Shown: positions 40,097 to 50,975, counted from the whole stretch's first letter. The stretch is DNA of 63,992 nt, filler included, from Candidatus Hydrogenedentota bacterium (GCA_040752395.1; 12 parts of 12 records of this genome joined end to end with filler, not necessarily neighbours in it); one strand, 5' to 3'. The notes: a model not told the origin generated them from the sequence alone. Numbers and translations: made by a program.

Positions 40097-41680
40097 ATGC
40101 CTATCTGTAAATTAGACAGACTCGCAACTCGAAACCCGCAATTTATAAACTTATTGCTCTGTATTATTTTATTTATTGCGTCATTTTTAAGGATTTACAA
40201 ATTAGATACTATACCAGGTGGATTTTTCTGCGATGAAGCAGCCACTGGTTATAATACTTACAGTATACTTAAAACAGGTTATGACCCGTATAATAGATTT
40301 TTGCCTCTATTTATGAACCATCATAATATTGATTATCCTGAGGCATTATATAATTATTTATCTCTGCCTGTTATATATTTATTTGGGTTAAATATATTTT
40401 CTACAAGATTAACCTCTGCAATAATAAGTATTTTTTCTATAATAACCACCTACTTATTTACAAAAGAATTATTTAATAAAAAAGTGGGTTTAATTACTGC
40501 GATATTATTAACAGTATCGCCCTGGCACTTTCAGTTTTCAAGGATTGCGTTTAGAGCAATACTTTTACCTTTTTTTACCACGCTCTCGTTGTATCTTCTT
40601 TTAAAATCTTTAAAGAACCCGAGATATTTTATTTTAGGTGGATTGGTGCTTGGTTTATCTTTATATACTTATTCTGTTAGCAGAGTCTTTATTCCATTAA
40701 TGTTAATCATATTTTTTACAATTTATATCAAAGATATTTTACAAAAAGAAAACATCAAATATATTATTTTAACTCTTTTTCTATTTTTTTTGATTATTAT
40801 TCCTGTCTATTATTCTTCTTTTTTTGGTAAAGCAAATATAAGGTTTGGCGAGCTTTCAATCTTTAATACGCCGTATCCTTTGAAACAATTCTTTCTCAAT
40901 CTTAGAACTCATCTTTCTTTTAATTTTTTATTTATTAAAGGTGATGCCAATTTAAGACATAATATACCTTTATCAGGACAGATTTTAGTAGCAGTTATCC
41001 CGTTTTTTCTTTTAGGCCTATATCCAATCATAAAATGGAAGAGCAAGCAATCATTATTGCTTTTATGTTTATTTATTGCGGGTTTTATACCGTCTTCTTT
41101 AACCAATGAAGGCATCCCACATTCTTTAAGGTCAATCTCATCATTACCGTTTGCTGAGATAATAGCCGGTTATGGTATATTCGTATTTTTAGAGTATTTA
41201 AAAGATAGAAAGAGATTAATAAGAGTTAGTTTAAGTGTTATTTTTATCTCGTTAATAATTGTTGATATGATATTTTATTTATCAGCTTATTTTTTTATGT
41301 ACGAAGCGATCTCTCAGGACTGGTTTCAATATGGTCTTAAGGAAGCTATAGAATATGCAGAGGGGAATTATGATAGATATGATAACATAGTTTTATCTTC
41401 AAAGATACATTATGCCTATATCTTTCCTTTATTTTTTGGGAGACTCGACCCTGTAAATTATCAGAAATACAAAAGTGCTGGCAAATATATGGTCTGCGAC
41501 GAAAACGTTGAAACGTTTTATAACAAACTTCGCGGGAATAATCTATTTATAGTAACAGAAAAAGAGTTACAAAATTTACCTGTAAAAAAATATATCTATA
41601 ATATGAAAAATAAAATCGTTCTTAAATTAATAGAACAGGGTTCCCCATTTTTAAAAGAATTTTTAGAATATCCGCCTTAA
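40082..41680 (+). CDS. ArnT/GT39-like membrane glycosyltransferase (start uncertain)
   Basis: Many TM segments, FFCDEAATGYN, SPWHFQFSR, KGDANLRH. Confidence 0.8.
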   Translation: MFSKEMPICKLDRLATRNPQFINLLLCIILFIASFLRIYKLDTIPGGFFCDEAATGYNTYSILKTGYDPYNRFLPLFMNHHNIDYPEALYNYLSLPVIYLFGLNIFSTRLTSAIISIFSIITTYLFTKELFNKKVGLITAILLTVSPWHFQFSRIAFRAILLPFFTTLSLYLLLKSLKNPRYFILGGLVLGLSLYTYSVSRVFIPLMLIIFFTIYIKDILQKENIKYIILTLFLFFLIIIPVYYSSFFGKANIRFGELSIFNTPYPLKQFFLNLRTHLSFNFLFIKGDANLRHNIPLSGQILVAVIPFFLLGLYPIIKWKSKQSLLLLCLFIAGFIPSSLTNEGIPHSLRSISSLPFAEIIAGYGIFVFLEYLKDRKRLIRVSLSVIFISLIIVDMIFYLSAYFFMYEAISQDWFQYGLKEAIEYAEGNYDRYDNIVLSSKIHYAYIFPLFFGRLDPVNYQKYKSAGKYMVCDENVETFYNKLRGNNLFIVTEKELQNLPVKKYIYNMKNKIVLKLIEQGSPFLKEFLEYPP

Positions 41681-41941
41681 AACAGTCCCATAAACATTAT
41701 TTCTGTGTATTACTGCCAAAATCCATATCTCATCTTTCATAATTTTATAAACAACTCTATATTTCCCTATTCGTAATTTCCAATGTCTGGCTAAAGGTTT
41801 TCTTAAAGGTTTACCGTATTTTTCGGGTTCAATTGAAAGCCGTTCCTCAATTGTATCTATTATTTTCTTTTTAGTATGCAAATCAAGATGAGAGAAATCT
41901 TTTTCTTTTACTCTATGGTGATAAAGAATTTTATAAGTCAT
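41663..41941 (-). CDS. RelE/ParE-family toxin
   Basis: YGKPLR, WKLRIGKYRVVY, IHRNNVY. Confidence 0.88.
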   Translation of the reverse strand: MTYKILYHHRVKEKDFSHLDLHTKKKIIDTIEERLSIEPEKYGKPLRKPLARHWKLRIGKYRVVYKIMKDEIWILAVIHRNNVYGTVLRRIF

Positions 41942-42165
41942 TTAAGCATGTTCTTCGATGGCAATGCCCTCCTGTGGGTAAAAGTCCTTTCTCTATTTTC
42001 GGCAATCTTTGTAAGAGATGCATCCTCTAAATATTCCAGTGCTTCTAAAACAAGATCTCTTATTTTCTGAGAAAGGGAAACATTGTCTCTATTTGCAAGA
42101 ATTTTGATTGTCTTATAAAGTGGTCTTTCTACTACAACATTTATTCTTGGGTTTTGTCTATTCAT
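41938..42165 (-). CDS. RHH-type antitoxin
   Basis: PRINVV, SLSQKIRDLV; overlaps toxin start. Confidence 0.8.
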   Translation of the reverse strand: MNRQNPRINVVVERPLYKTIKILANRDNVSLSQKIRDLVLEALEYLEDASLTKIAENRERTFTHRRALPSKNMLK

Positions 42166-42186
42166 CTTTTCATTACCTCCGGTTAT

Positions 42187-42216
42187 ATTGTATCATTTTT
42201 GCTACACTTTTGTCAA
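42187..42216 (-). promoter_or_regulatory. sigma70 promoter of TA operon
   Basis: TTGACA-N18-TACAAT, then GGAGG before ATG 42165. Confidence 0.65.
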
Positions 42217-42285
42217 TTTTTAATTCTTCTGGAGATGGAAAATATCCCGGACATCGTATACCCATTAAAGAAGATAAAATCGTTC

Positions 42286-42972
42286 TTAAATTAATAGAAT
42301 AAAAAAGAGAATAGAGATAATTGTAAAACTGATTAATGCTATCTCGAAAAATAAAGAATCGTTCTCTGGATAAAATACAGTTACTCCCTGCTGATATTTT
42401 TTTACAATAACGTTTCTGTTGACTACTATTTTGATCAGTTCATCTTCCCTGTTTTTTCTTTTTACTTTAATATAATGTTCTCCTGAAGTATTAGCCTTTA
42501 TTCTATAATAAATTTCATTCAGGTCCCTGATACTATCCTTTATGATTATATCATCTTTTTCAATACCGATCAGATCATTACTACTATTATCTATGCAGAT
42601 AATGATGTTCTCTCTTTCTTTGAAACTTCGATAATTTAATCTCCGCTCAACCCCGATGTAAATTAGAACGAAAACCATAGATGATAGGATGATAGGTATT
42701 AAAGCCATTGATATCATTGTAAAGAGAACCGAGATTAATCTTTTTAAACATTTCAAAAAATATTTTGTTTTGAATCTATAAAGATAAGCCTCATAGAGTA
42801 TTACCTCAATTTTTTGTAATATTTCTTTTGCCTTCTTTTTATCAAAAAGCATTTTAAATATAATAAATATAAGCAATGATAGTATAAATGAAATATATAT
42901 GGCAGGTAGAATAATATGTGTTTTTTCGAATGGTGCTAATATCAAATCAATAATAGCGTCTATTATAAACAT
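42286..42972 (-). CDS. Hypothetical membrane protein
   Basis: Three hydrophobic segments; downstream of phosphodiesterase genes. Confidence 0.6.
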   Translation of the reverse strand: MFIIDAIIDLILAPFEKTHIILPAIYISFILSLLIFIIFKMLFDKKKAKEILQKIEVILYEAYLYRFKTKYFLKCLKRLISVLFTMISMALIPIILSSMVFVLIYIGVERRLNYRSFKERENIIICIDNSSNDLIGIEKDDIIIKDSIRDLNEIYYRIKANTSGEHYIKVKRKNREDELIKIVVNRNVIVKKYQQGVTVFYPENDSLFFEIALISFTIISILFFILLI

Positions 42973-42992
42973 TAAAGATGTATCCTCTCAAG

Positions 42993-43056
42993 GTTTCCTT
43001 AATCTTGCTTCTTGCTTCTTAAGTAAATTCTACCGCACCAATAACTGACGGATTAC
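42993..43056 (-). repeat. 64-bp element starting right after the stop of 43057
   Basis: Identical to 50006-50069. Confidence 0.9.
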
Positions 43057-43239
43057 TTAAAGATAACCCAGGCCTTTTAATTGTTCATCTGTTTTTTTTG
43101 ATTCTTTATTATTTTTTTCTATCTCTTTTTCTAAGAGATGTATTATCATCTCTTCAACTGATGAGTATCCTTTTTCATTCGAGAGATTTTTTAATTTTTC
43201 ATATAAATCCCTGCTGATAGCTATCTTCTTTTTAAACAT
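43057..43239 (-). CDS. Small CopG/RHH-like protein
   Basis: GYSSVEEMI..LLE; ends LKGLGYL. Confidence 0.7.
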   Translation of the reverse strand: MFKKKIAISRDLYEKLKNLSNEKGYSSVEEMIIHLLEKEIEKNNKESKKTDEQLKGLGYL

Positions 43240-45122
43240 AAATCTTCTCCATCAAAGTCTTCATTCGTTTCTATACCAAACCATCGTATTACAGAGGGTA
43301 TAATATCCATTATATGTGGGTTCTGATTTTCTATCGTAGTATTACATATAAAAACTCCTGGTACTTCTTGCGGGTCTATACAATGGTCAGCACACCATTT
43401 AGATGTATTATCTATTAAAATATCGTCAGTTACCATCCCTTTTGCTGTGGCTGTAGTAACTTTGTATCCTGAATTATAACCTATAATTAAATCGGGTCCT
43501 ATATTTATATATCGACCTTTATATACTTTGTTTGCCTGATAAACTCTCTTTATCACTTTTATTCTGGTTTTCTTATCAACTACGTTTTCAAGGTCCTGAA
43601 TAATGTTTTTTATATCTTGTTCTGAGGCGTTATGTAAATATAAAGCATTAAACCCTATACCATATGCTTTGCTACTCTGTATATCGACGTTCATTAAAAA
43701 CTCGCTTTCTTTATCATATTCATTAATTACTTTTAAATAACCTTTTTCTTTAAGGAATGCGTTGAGATTAAATTCTCTGTATACAGGTTTAAATCCATGG
43801 TCGGATATTATTATTAATAATGTTTTTTCATCAATAACATCCAGCAACCTCTTTATCTTTAAATCTATTTCTTTATAAAAGGTTTCCATAACATCGGTAT
43901 TTGTATAAAACAGATGTGAAATTAAGTCAGAGCTTGAAAGATAGAAGAATAAAATCCCGTCATAAAATTTTTCAAGCTCATAAAAAAGCATCTCCCATTT
44001 CTGATTAGATATTTCCAGAGCATTTAAAAGCCATTCAGTATCATTCAGTACTCCTTTTTCCAGCAGGTTAGGTATCTCAGGCATCCCCTGTGTTGGATAC
44101 CCGCCAAATCTATGATATAATTCTTTTGAATAATTTTTTGGTGTTGAGATAGGCATTGCGGGATAAAGAGGGTCGATCTGTAATGGATATACCACAAGTT
44201 CAAAATATTGCGAGATATTTTTTAGATAGAATTTTGTTATAGCATAGATGGGTTTAAAATAAGATATCGCATAAAATTTTACCCTGACCCAATCTGACCA
44301 CTCCTTTTCTCTTAAGATGATTCTATTATCCTGTATCTTTAAAAGACTTAGTTTATTTGCTTTATCTGCTACTATCTCAAACTCAATCTTCATATTTTCA
44401 GGTCCAATCAGCAAACACTTGCTTCTTAAGTTCGGTGTTTGGTCTTCGATGTTCGATGTTCGGTTCACCGATAACCAAATATCTTGCTTCTTGCTTCTTG
44501 CCTCTTGCCTCTTACTTTTAAGTTCAATTCTAATCACCTCGATTCCATCTTCTTTTTGAAATTTGTTTAATAATTCTATATTATTTGTGTAAATATACAC
44601 TGTTCCATAACCGCCGAGTAGATCAGGTGTTCCCAGACAGGAGATAGTCTTTTGTTTTGTTTTTCGGGGTGGGAAATTACAGGGAGATTTAAAAGCAGTG
44701 CATTGTATTTTATGTTCTTCGAATACCTCAAAAAACGTTTTTCCTTTTAGTAAATTCTCTATTTTATTTTTATCTGTTTTTTTTGAGGTCGAGAGATATG
44801 GCTGATACGTAGTTTTATCTATCTGGATAAAATCAAAGATACTATGGTTACCAGGATTTTTACCGGTTATAAAACTTGACCAGACAACAGGACTTTGCGG
44901 TGGTAAAATAGTTTGTAATCTCTTGAAACAGCCGTTTTGTTCTATAATCTTTTTTATATTTGGCAGCTTGTTTTCTTTTAAAAATTTTTCTATTAAAAAA
45001 GGATCAAAACCATCTATCCCGAGTATAACAACTTTTTTGCCCGTATATCTCCACATGGATTTATCTATTAAAATAAAAAATATAGTAAATACTATAACCA
45101 GTAAAATAAGTATCCTTCTCAT
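43221..45122 (-). CDS. Alkaline phosphatase superfamily / nucleotide pyrophosphatase-phosphodiesterase
   Basis: LGIDG, PPQSPVVWSSFITGKNPGNH, ISDHGF, WCADH. Confidence 0.88.
   Translation of the reverse strand: MRRILILLVIVFTIFFILIDKSMWRYTGKKVVILGIDGFDPFLIEKFLKENKLPNIKKIIEQNGCFKRLQTILPPQSPVVWSSFITGKNPGNHSIFDFIQIDKTTYQPYLSTSKKTDKNKIENLLKGKTFFEVFEEHKIQCTAFKSPCNFPPRKTKQKTISCLGTPDLLGGYGTVYIYTNNIELLNKFQKEDGIEVIRIELKSKRQEARSKKQDIWLSVNRTSNIEDQTPNLRSKCLLIGPENMKIEFEIVADKANKLSLLKIQDNRIILREKEWSDWVRVKFYAISYFKPIYAITKFYLKNISQYFELVVYPLQIDPLYPAMPISTPKNYSKELYHRFGGYPTQGMPEIPNLLEKGVLNDTEWLLNALEISNQKWEMLFYELEKFYDGILFFYLSSSDLISHLFYTNTDVMETFYKEIDLKIKRLLDVIDEKTLLIIISDHGFKPVYREFNLNAFLKEKGYLKVINEYDKESEFLMNVDIQSSKAYGIGFNALYLHNASEQDIKNIIQDLENVVDKKTRIKVIKRVYQANKVYKGRYINIGPDLIIGYNSGYKVTTATAKGMVTDDILIDNTSKWCADHCIDPQEVPGVFICNTTIENQNPHIMDIIPSVIRWFGIETNEDFDGEDLCLKRR
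44418..44517 (-). repeat. In-frame ~93-bp heptamer-rich insertion
   Basis: GCAAGAR x4 and CGAACAT repeats encoding KRQEARSKKQDIWLSVNRTSNIEDQTPNLRSK. Confidence 0.75.
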
Positions 45123-45386
45123 ATTAAGCTTTTGCCATCAATATATTCAGGTATTTTTGTTCCCATAATTTTTAAAACCGTTGGAGCTATATCAATTATC
45201 TCAGGGTCCGCCTTCTGTGTAAAATTCGTTATACAAACCCCTTTAACAAATTCAGGGTCTATACTATGGTCACCAACCCAGCATAACAGATTATCACTTA
45301 TTATTTCCTCTTCAATAATACCTTTTGCAGATTCGAACGACGTTCTGTATCCTTTATTATAACCAATAATGATATCAGGGGCATTA
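45119..45386 (-). CDS. 3' fragment of a second phosphodiesterase paralog (gap)
   Basis: APDIIIGYNKGY...WVGDHSIDP...DIAPTVL...DGKSLI*; TGA overlaps next ATG. Confidence 0.8.
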
Positions 45387-45486
45387 NNNNNNNNNNNNNN
45401 NNNNNNNNNNNNNNNNNNNNNNNNNNNNNNTTAATTAATTAANNNNNNNNNNNNNNNNNNNNNNNNNNNNNNNNNNNNNNNNNNNN

Positions 45487-46879
45487 TCAATAAAAAAGAT
45501 AAACCATATACAATAATTTTATCTTTTTTATTGATGCTTTTTTTTACATTACGGAACAATATATTTTTAAATTTGATAAGGTCACATGCAGTAAGCCCCT
45601 TAAAAAGATTTAACCATTTATGAGGGGTAAACTCGTTTATCGTTTGTTCCGTAATCCTTTCGCAACCGTTATTGATTAATTTTTTAAAGACAGCGATCAG
45701 TTTTTGTGTGTATTGTTCAAATGTCATAATATCCGGTGCATTTCTGATGGTTTTTTGCAACAGGTCAGGATGTTTTACCAATTTTTCTAAACACGTTCTC
45801 AGACTTTTTTTCGATCGATTTTTAAATATAAACCCGTTTCTGCCGTTTTGCACCAGTGATGCCATACTGATAGTGGAGGAAATTACCACAGGTTTTCGAC
45901 AGTAAAACGCCTGAATCAAAGTATGTGGTGCAGAATCAGGTATTGTTGACGGAATAATTACAGCGTCAATTTCATTAAACACTTGTTTGATTGTTGCGTC
46001 ATTAAATCTTGGTTTGATTAATACATTCGAAGGAATATATTGCATAAAACGTTTAAGTAGTTCTTCCTGGCATCCATACACAAATAGCTTTAATCTGTTG
46101 TCATCTGCAAAATATTTAACAAATGTGCGATATAAGAATGGGAATCCTTTCTCTTCATTAAAAACTCCAGCCAGGAACCCGAGGTGCACAGCATCGTGTT
46201 TCTCTGGATTTACAACGGTGAGCGAGAGAGCCGGCTCTAATAATATCTGAATTTTATTCCTATCGAAGCCATTTCTTACAAGAATCGTTTTAGCCACGTG
46301 AGTTGGAACCAGTAATACGTCTACGTATTTGCTGATATAATTGCGATACATAAGATTTCTTAAACGACGATCATATTTTTTCATTTTATCTTTCACACAA
46401 TTATTACATTTCTCTAGCAGGTTCAACTTGCATTTTCCACGATGTACATCATAACTAAGAGTATAGGGACACAGTATCTTAAAATCAAGAATAGTCATTA
46501 CTAACGGTATCCTATGTTCATTTACTATTCGAAGGATAGAGATAGGCCAGGTGAAGATTTGAGTAACGTGCACAACATCAGGTTTTAATCTGATCAATAT
46601 TTTTTCAAAAATTTGTTCGATTTTATGATTATGGCATTCATCGGACAGGTCGGAAAAATCATGAGACGTTAAAGGCGCATTGTATAGAGATGTGTATGTT
46701 ATGTTATTTTTGCGGTACTGTTTATAATGAATTTTACCTGAAAGGTCATACTTTCCAGTAAAAAGATAGTGAACTATAATGCCTTTTTTGAGAAGTACGT
46801 TCATATAACGTTCGGTGAACAGTACGCTGCCACCGGAATTAAAACTACTTCGGCCCCAGCCGACAACCAATACTTTCAT
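45487..46879 (-). CDS. GT4 glycosyltransferase, 3' truncated by gap
   Basis: GGS, KPDVVH, DFKILCP, IIPS, NGRNGFIF. Confidence 0.8.
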
Positions 46880-46914
46880 AATAACATCTCAATATCCTTA
46901 TAGAATGCTTACAA

Positions 46915-47976
46915 TCAAAGATTTATTCTTATACATTGAAGCTCGACCGTTTTATAAGATTCAATCTGTGGATACTCTGCGTAAAAATCATATTCTTCTA
47001 TACCGTAACCCTTTGCTTCATAGAGTTTTTTCAGGTCCACCTCGGTTGTCATCGGTGAATTTTTGTGTACCCCTTCAAAATGAAAGATATATTTTTTGCT
47101 TATCCTGATTAATTCATCAATCGCAATAGATAAATATTTTTGGCTGATATGCTGAATAACGGACGAAGTAAACACAACATCAAAAACCTTATTTTTGAAA
47201 GATAACCCATGTCTTAAATCCACGTTAATTACAGGAATACCATATTTGTTCCTGACCTTTTTAAGCATAAGGCAGGATATATCCACTCCGACTATCAATT
47301 GAACATTTTTATTTTTTTGTAAAATCACGATATTATCACCTGTACCGATTCCGATCTCGCAAAAACTATTACAATCAGGTACAGATAATTTATCACTTAT
47401 AAATTCTCTAAAATATCTGTTTCTTGTTTCAGATATGACACCATTCTTACCACTGTATCTTATTTTTTCATACCAGGTTGTACCAAATATCTCCCAGAAA
47501 TTCTTATTATGGTTCTCGTAAATAATTGTTTGAATAGCCAGTGGTAAGCGGGTAAAAAGTGTTGTAAACAATAACGAGTCGTCCTCTTTTAAGATATCAG
47601 ATATAAAAAAGACTTTATAGCCCGCTGACTTAAATTTATTATGTATCGATTCAAGTTTTTCCCTGGATATAGAAGAACATATTATCATTATTCTTTCAGT
47701 CCCGTCAGATATTTTATCTATATCGGAAATATTCAAGCCATTTACCATAGTGCCCTTCAAATTATTGTCAAAGATTTTGATTACCTTTACATTGTTTAAA
47801 TTTAGATAGTGATGCATGAGCCTACCTGTAATGGAATATCCAAAAATATCAACCTCAGAGATATTATTATTTATTGCAAATTCTTTGGTCTTGTTTAAAT
47901 AAAAATTATTTAAAAATAGAAACATAGACAATATTTCATCTGATGTAAAGAAAGAAGCGATATCCACGTGGTTCAT
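46915..47976 (-). CDS. Class I SAM methyltransferase with N-terminal Rossmann-like domain
   Basis: EIGIGTG, GVDIS, FDVVFTSSVIQHI. Confidence 0.8.
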   Translation of the reverse strand: MNHVDIASFFTSDEILSMFLFLNNFYLNKTKEFAINNNISEVDIFGYSITGRLMHHYLNLNNVKVIKIFDNNLKGTMVNGLNISDIDKISDGTERIMIICSSISREKLESIHNKFKSAGYKVFFISDILKEDDSLLFTTLFTRLPLAIQTIIYENHNKNFWEIFGTTWYEKIRYSGKNGVISETRNRYFREFISDKLSVPDCNSFCEIGIGTGDNIVILQKNKNVQLIVGVDISCLMLKKVRNKYGIPVINVDLRHGLSFKNKVFDVVFTSSVIQHISQKYLSIAIDELIRISKKYIFHFEGVHKNSPMTTEVDLKKLYEAKGYGIEEYDFYAEYPQIESYKTVELQCIRINL

Positions 47977-48107
47977 AAAATAATAATACTGTAATTAAAT
48001 ATAAAATACAAGATAAAATTGTTGTAATCGTAGAGAAATATTGTTATCTTATTAATTTCTATTGGTGGTTATCCTGTTTGTTCTGTATAAGAGAAAGGAT
48101 TGAATTT

Positions 48108-49820
48108 ATGCCATATGATGTAATTTTCAGGACAGGATATTTTGCGATTCTTTTAGGGCTAATTGATGAATTAAAGAACAGGGATTATTATGTGATTGAA
48201 ACAAGCGAGAGGATAATTAGTTCTTATAAAGATAGGATAATAAAGATACCGGATTTCAGCCTATGTTCCATAAAAAATCTAAAGAATATACTACCAGACT
48301 ATCCGACAAGATTATTTATCTTATGTAATTCTCCATATATTTATCATTATCTGCCGATGTATTTTAAAGCCCGATTATTGAGTCCCGAAAACATATTTTT
48401 TATTCTACCAAGCGGCACCGAAATTAAAGCGACACTATCAGGGATAATTAAGGCTATTTATTATTATTGCAAAGACATTCTTGCTGATATGTATCAAGCT
48501 GCATTATTCAGATATACCGGTAATCCGTTTTATAATGTGAGGGTGAGGGAGAGGAAGATAAAATTTTCAGACAAAAAGAAGGTTCTATTTATATCTTATT
48601 TTTTTCCTCCACAAGCCAGTTCAGGATCCTTTAGACCAGCAAAATTTGTTAAGTATCTTAAAAGGTCAGGATGGGATGTTTCAGTTATTACTACTGATAC
48701 AAAACATTATTTGATGTATCCTCCGGATGCAACGATGCTTAAAGGAGTAGAAGATGTTGAGATATTTAGGGTAAGCCATAGGGATAGCGTAGCGGAGATG
48801 ATAGATTTTTTAAAGCCCGATGGATTGAGACTCTTTTTAAAAAAATATTTTCAACCTGATACCGCTGTTTTGTGGAGTAAAAAGACATTTCATAAAGCGG
48901 TCAAGATTATTGAAGATAAAAACATACCTTTGGTCTGGTTAACCGGGAACCCGTTCTCTCTGTTTTATATTGGGAAATATTTGAAACTCGTGTATCCAGA
49001 TATCAAGGTGGTTTTCGATTACAGGGATTTATGGTCGCTTACAGCATTTCAATTCTATGATACCGAATCTCTTAAAACCAATTTTAATATAGAGAAAGAA
49101 CTGATTAAATATGCAGACCATATTACTATAGTACCGGCCAGTGTCATAGAACTCTCAAAAACTTTTAATTATCCGATTGAAAATATAACAGAGATCCCAA
49201 ATGGTTATGACGAAGAGGATTTTGCAGCAAAAACAGATTATGGGCTGAAATTATATTCTGGTATGAAGTTAGGGTATATAGGTTCAGCATATCAGGATTA
49301 TAGTCCCGCAAAAGTGATTGAGGTTGTGGATAGATTAAACAGGAGAGAAAAGACAGATATAAAGATTTATTTAGTTGGATATAGTTTGGAACATTGTTTG
49401 AGGGTTGTGGCTCCCGAGATAATAAATAACAGTTGCATCATAATCTCACATATGGAATACCTAAAAACACTTAGTTTTATGGTCGATATGGATATGTTGT
49501 TATTATGTATACCAGAAAATGCTCCATACAATTATTCCGGTAAATTATTTAATTATATCCGTGCTAACAGACCAATATTACTCATAGCGCCACCCGATTC
49601 AGCCCCACAGCGTGTTCTACAAACGGTTGGCAGTGGTGACTATATCTCAGGGTGGGATGAAGAAGAGATAGCGATGAACCTCAGGAAATGCTATGAGAGA
49701 TATTTAAATGGTCAGCTTGTCTGTTACCATGACAGGGAGAGGTTTATAAAATATTCTCGCGAGGAGCAGACAAAAATGCTTAATAAAATATTTTCCAGCT
49801 TGATAACCTTTAATAATTAA
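48108..49820 (+). CDS. GT4-like glycosyltransferase
   Basis: ISYFFPP...R..KFVKYL, FDYRDLW, IPNGYD, SGKLFNY. Confidence 0.8.
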   Translation: MPYDVIFRTGYFAILLGLIDELKNRDYYVIETSERIISSYKDRIIKIPDFSLCSIKNLKNILPDYPTRLFILCNSPYIYHYLPMYFKARLLSPENIFFILPSGTEIKATLSGIIKAIYYYCKDILADMYQAALFRYTGNPFYNVRVRERKIKFSDKKKVLFISYFFPPQASSGSFRPAKFVKYLKRSGWDVSVITTDTKHYLMYPPDATMLKGVEDVEIFRVSHRDSVAEMIDFLKPDGLRLFLKKYFQPDTAVLWSKKTFHKAVKIIEDKNIPLVWLTGNPFSLFYIGKYLKLVYPDIKVVFDYRDLWSLTAFQFYDTESLKTNFNIEKELIKYADHITIVPASVIELSKTFNYPIENITEIPNGYDEEDFAAKTDYGLKLYSGMKLGYIGSAYQDYSPAKVIEVVDRLNRREKTDIKIYLVGYSLEHCLRVVAPEIINNSCIIISHMEYLKTLSFMVDMDMLLLCIPENAPYNYSGKLFNYIRANRPILLIAPPDSAPQRVLQTVGSGDYISGWDEEEIAMNLRKCYERYLNGQLVCYHDRERFIKYSREEQTKMLNKIFSSLITFNN

Positions 49821-49878
49821 AGAAACAGGCTGTTTTCGGCTACATTTCATCTTACCGATTGTCTCTTCGTAATGCCTC

Positions 49879-49991
49879 AGAACGTGTGAAAAAATTTGCG
49901 TCTTTGGGTTCTTTAATTATAAAACTATCAATGAATTATTTTACTGGACTGAAGTCCCTCACTACATTTGCCGTATTTTTTCACACCTTCT
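49879..49991. mobile_element. MITE-like element with 16-bp terminal inverted repeats
   Basis: AGAACGTGTGAAAAAA ... TTTTTTCACACCTTCT; relative at 56372-56501. Confidence 0.6.
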
Positions 49992-50069
49992 CAGTCTTTG
50001 GTGGAGTTTCCTTAATCTTGCTTCTTGCTTCTTAAGTAAATTCTACCGCACCAATAACTGACGGATTAC
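49990..50069. repeat. Mosaic element copy
   Basis: Matches 42993-43056 and 11518-11572 (rev). Confidence 0.85.
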
Positions 50070-50299
50070 GTCTCTTCAAAGAATTCTCTTGATTTTTTTT
50101 GTAAATTTATTTATCAAGAGACTCGTGCAACAGGCTCATAGACTTTTTGTAGTAATATATCCCCCTATAAAGTTTCAATTTGTAGTTTTCGAAAGTAGTG
50201 CTTCAAAAAATTTATTCTTTTCTTGTTATCGAGGTCTGGCAGATATGATCTCGTACTTTATAATAACCGTACATAAAATGCATAAAATATTAAAAGCAG

Positions 50300-50975
50300 A
50301 TGATTGACATATTATTGATATTCCCGCCTCTAAAGATTCCGATAAAATATCCTGCTATTGCTTTACCGAGTTTAGCCGCCTACTTAGAGAACCATAATAT
50401 TTCAGTAAAGCTCTGCGATGCACCGGTGAATGAACTTAATGAACATCAGATAAAACGTGTGATTGGAGAAACGATGCCCGGGGTAGTAGGTATAACTTTT
50501 ATGACGTCTCAATTCGGCACAGCAAAAATTGTTGCAAAGATGGTTAAGAATATCTCTCAATCGATCCCTGTAATTGTAGGTGGTGTGCATGCTTCGGTAT
50601 TGCCTGAAGAAACATTACGAACTTGTGATTATTTTGATTATGTGGTCTATGGCGAGGGAGAATTGACGCTGCTTGAGTTTATGCAGCAATATCTGGCTGA
50701 TAGATTGCAGCCAGACACAATTAAAGGGTTAGTTTATAGAAACAATGGAGAGATAATCAAAAATGCGCCGAGAGAATTGATCTCGGATCTCGATTCATTA
50801 CCTATGCCTGCCTGGCATCTTTTGCCAGTTGAGAAATATATGGTCAGTTCACCAGAGGAAAGATACAGTGGAGTAACTGGACATGGGATCTCGATATGTA
50901 CTTGTCGGGGATGCCCGTATAACTGTCTTTTTTGCGCATCTCATAGCGTTTTTCAAGGATACCGCTATCGCAGTG
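50300..50975 (+). CDS. B12-binding radical SAM protein, partial
   Basis: GGVHAS, GEGE, LDSLPMPAW, RGCPYNCLFC. Confidence 0.88.

Larger units (their letters stand above)
41610..42299. mobile_element. TA module bounded by 26-bp direct repeats
   Basis: ATAAAATCGTTCTTAAATTAATAGAA at 41610-41635 and 42274-42299. Confidence 0.7.
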
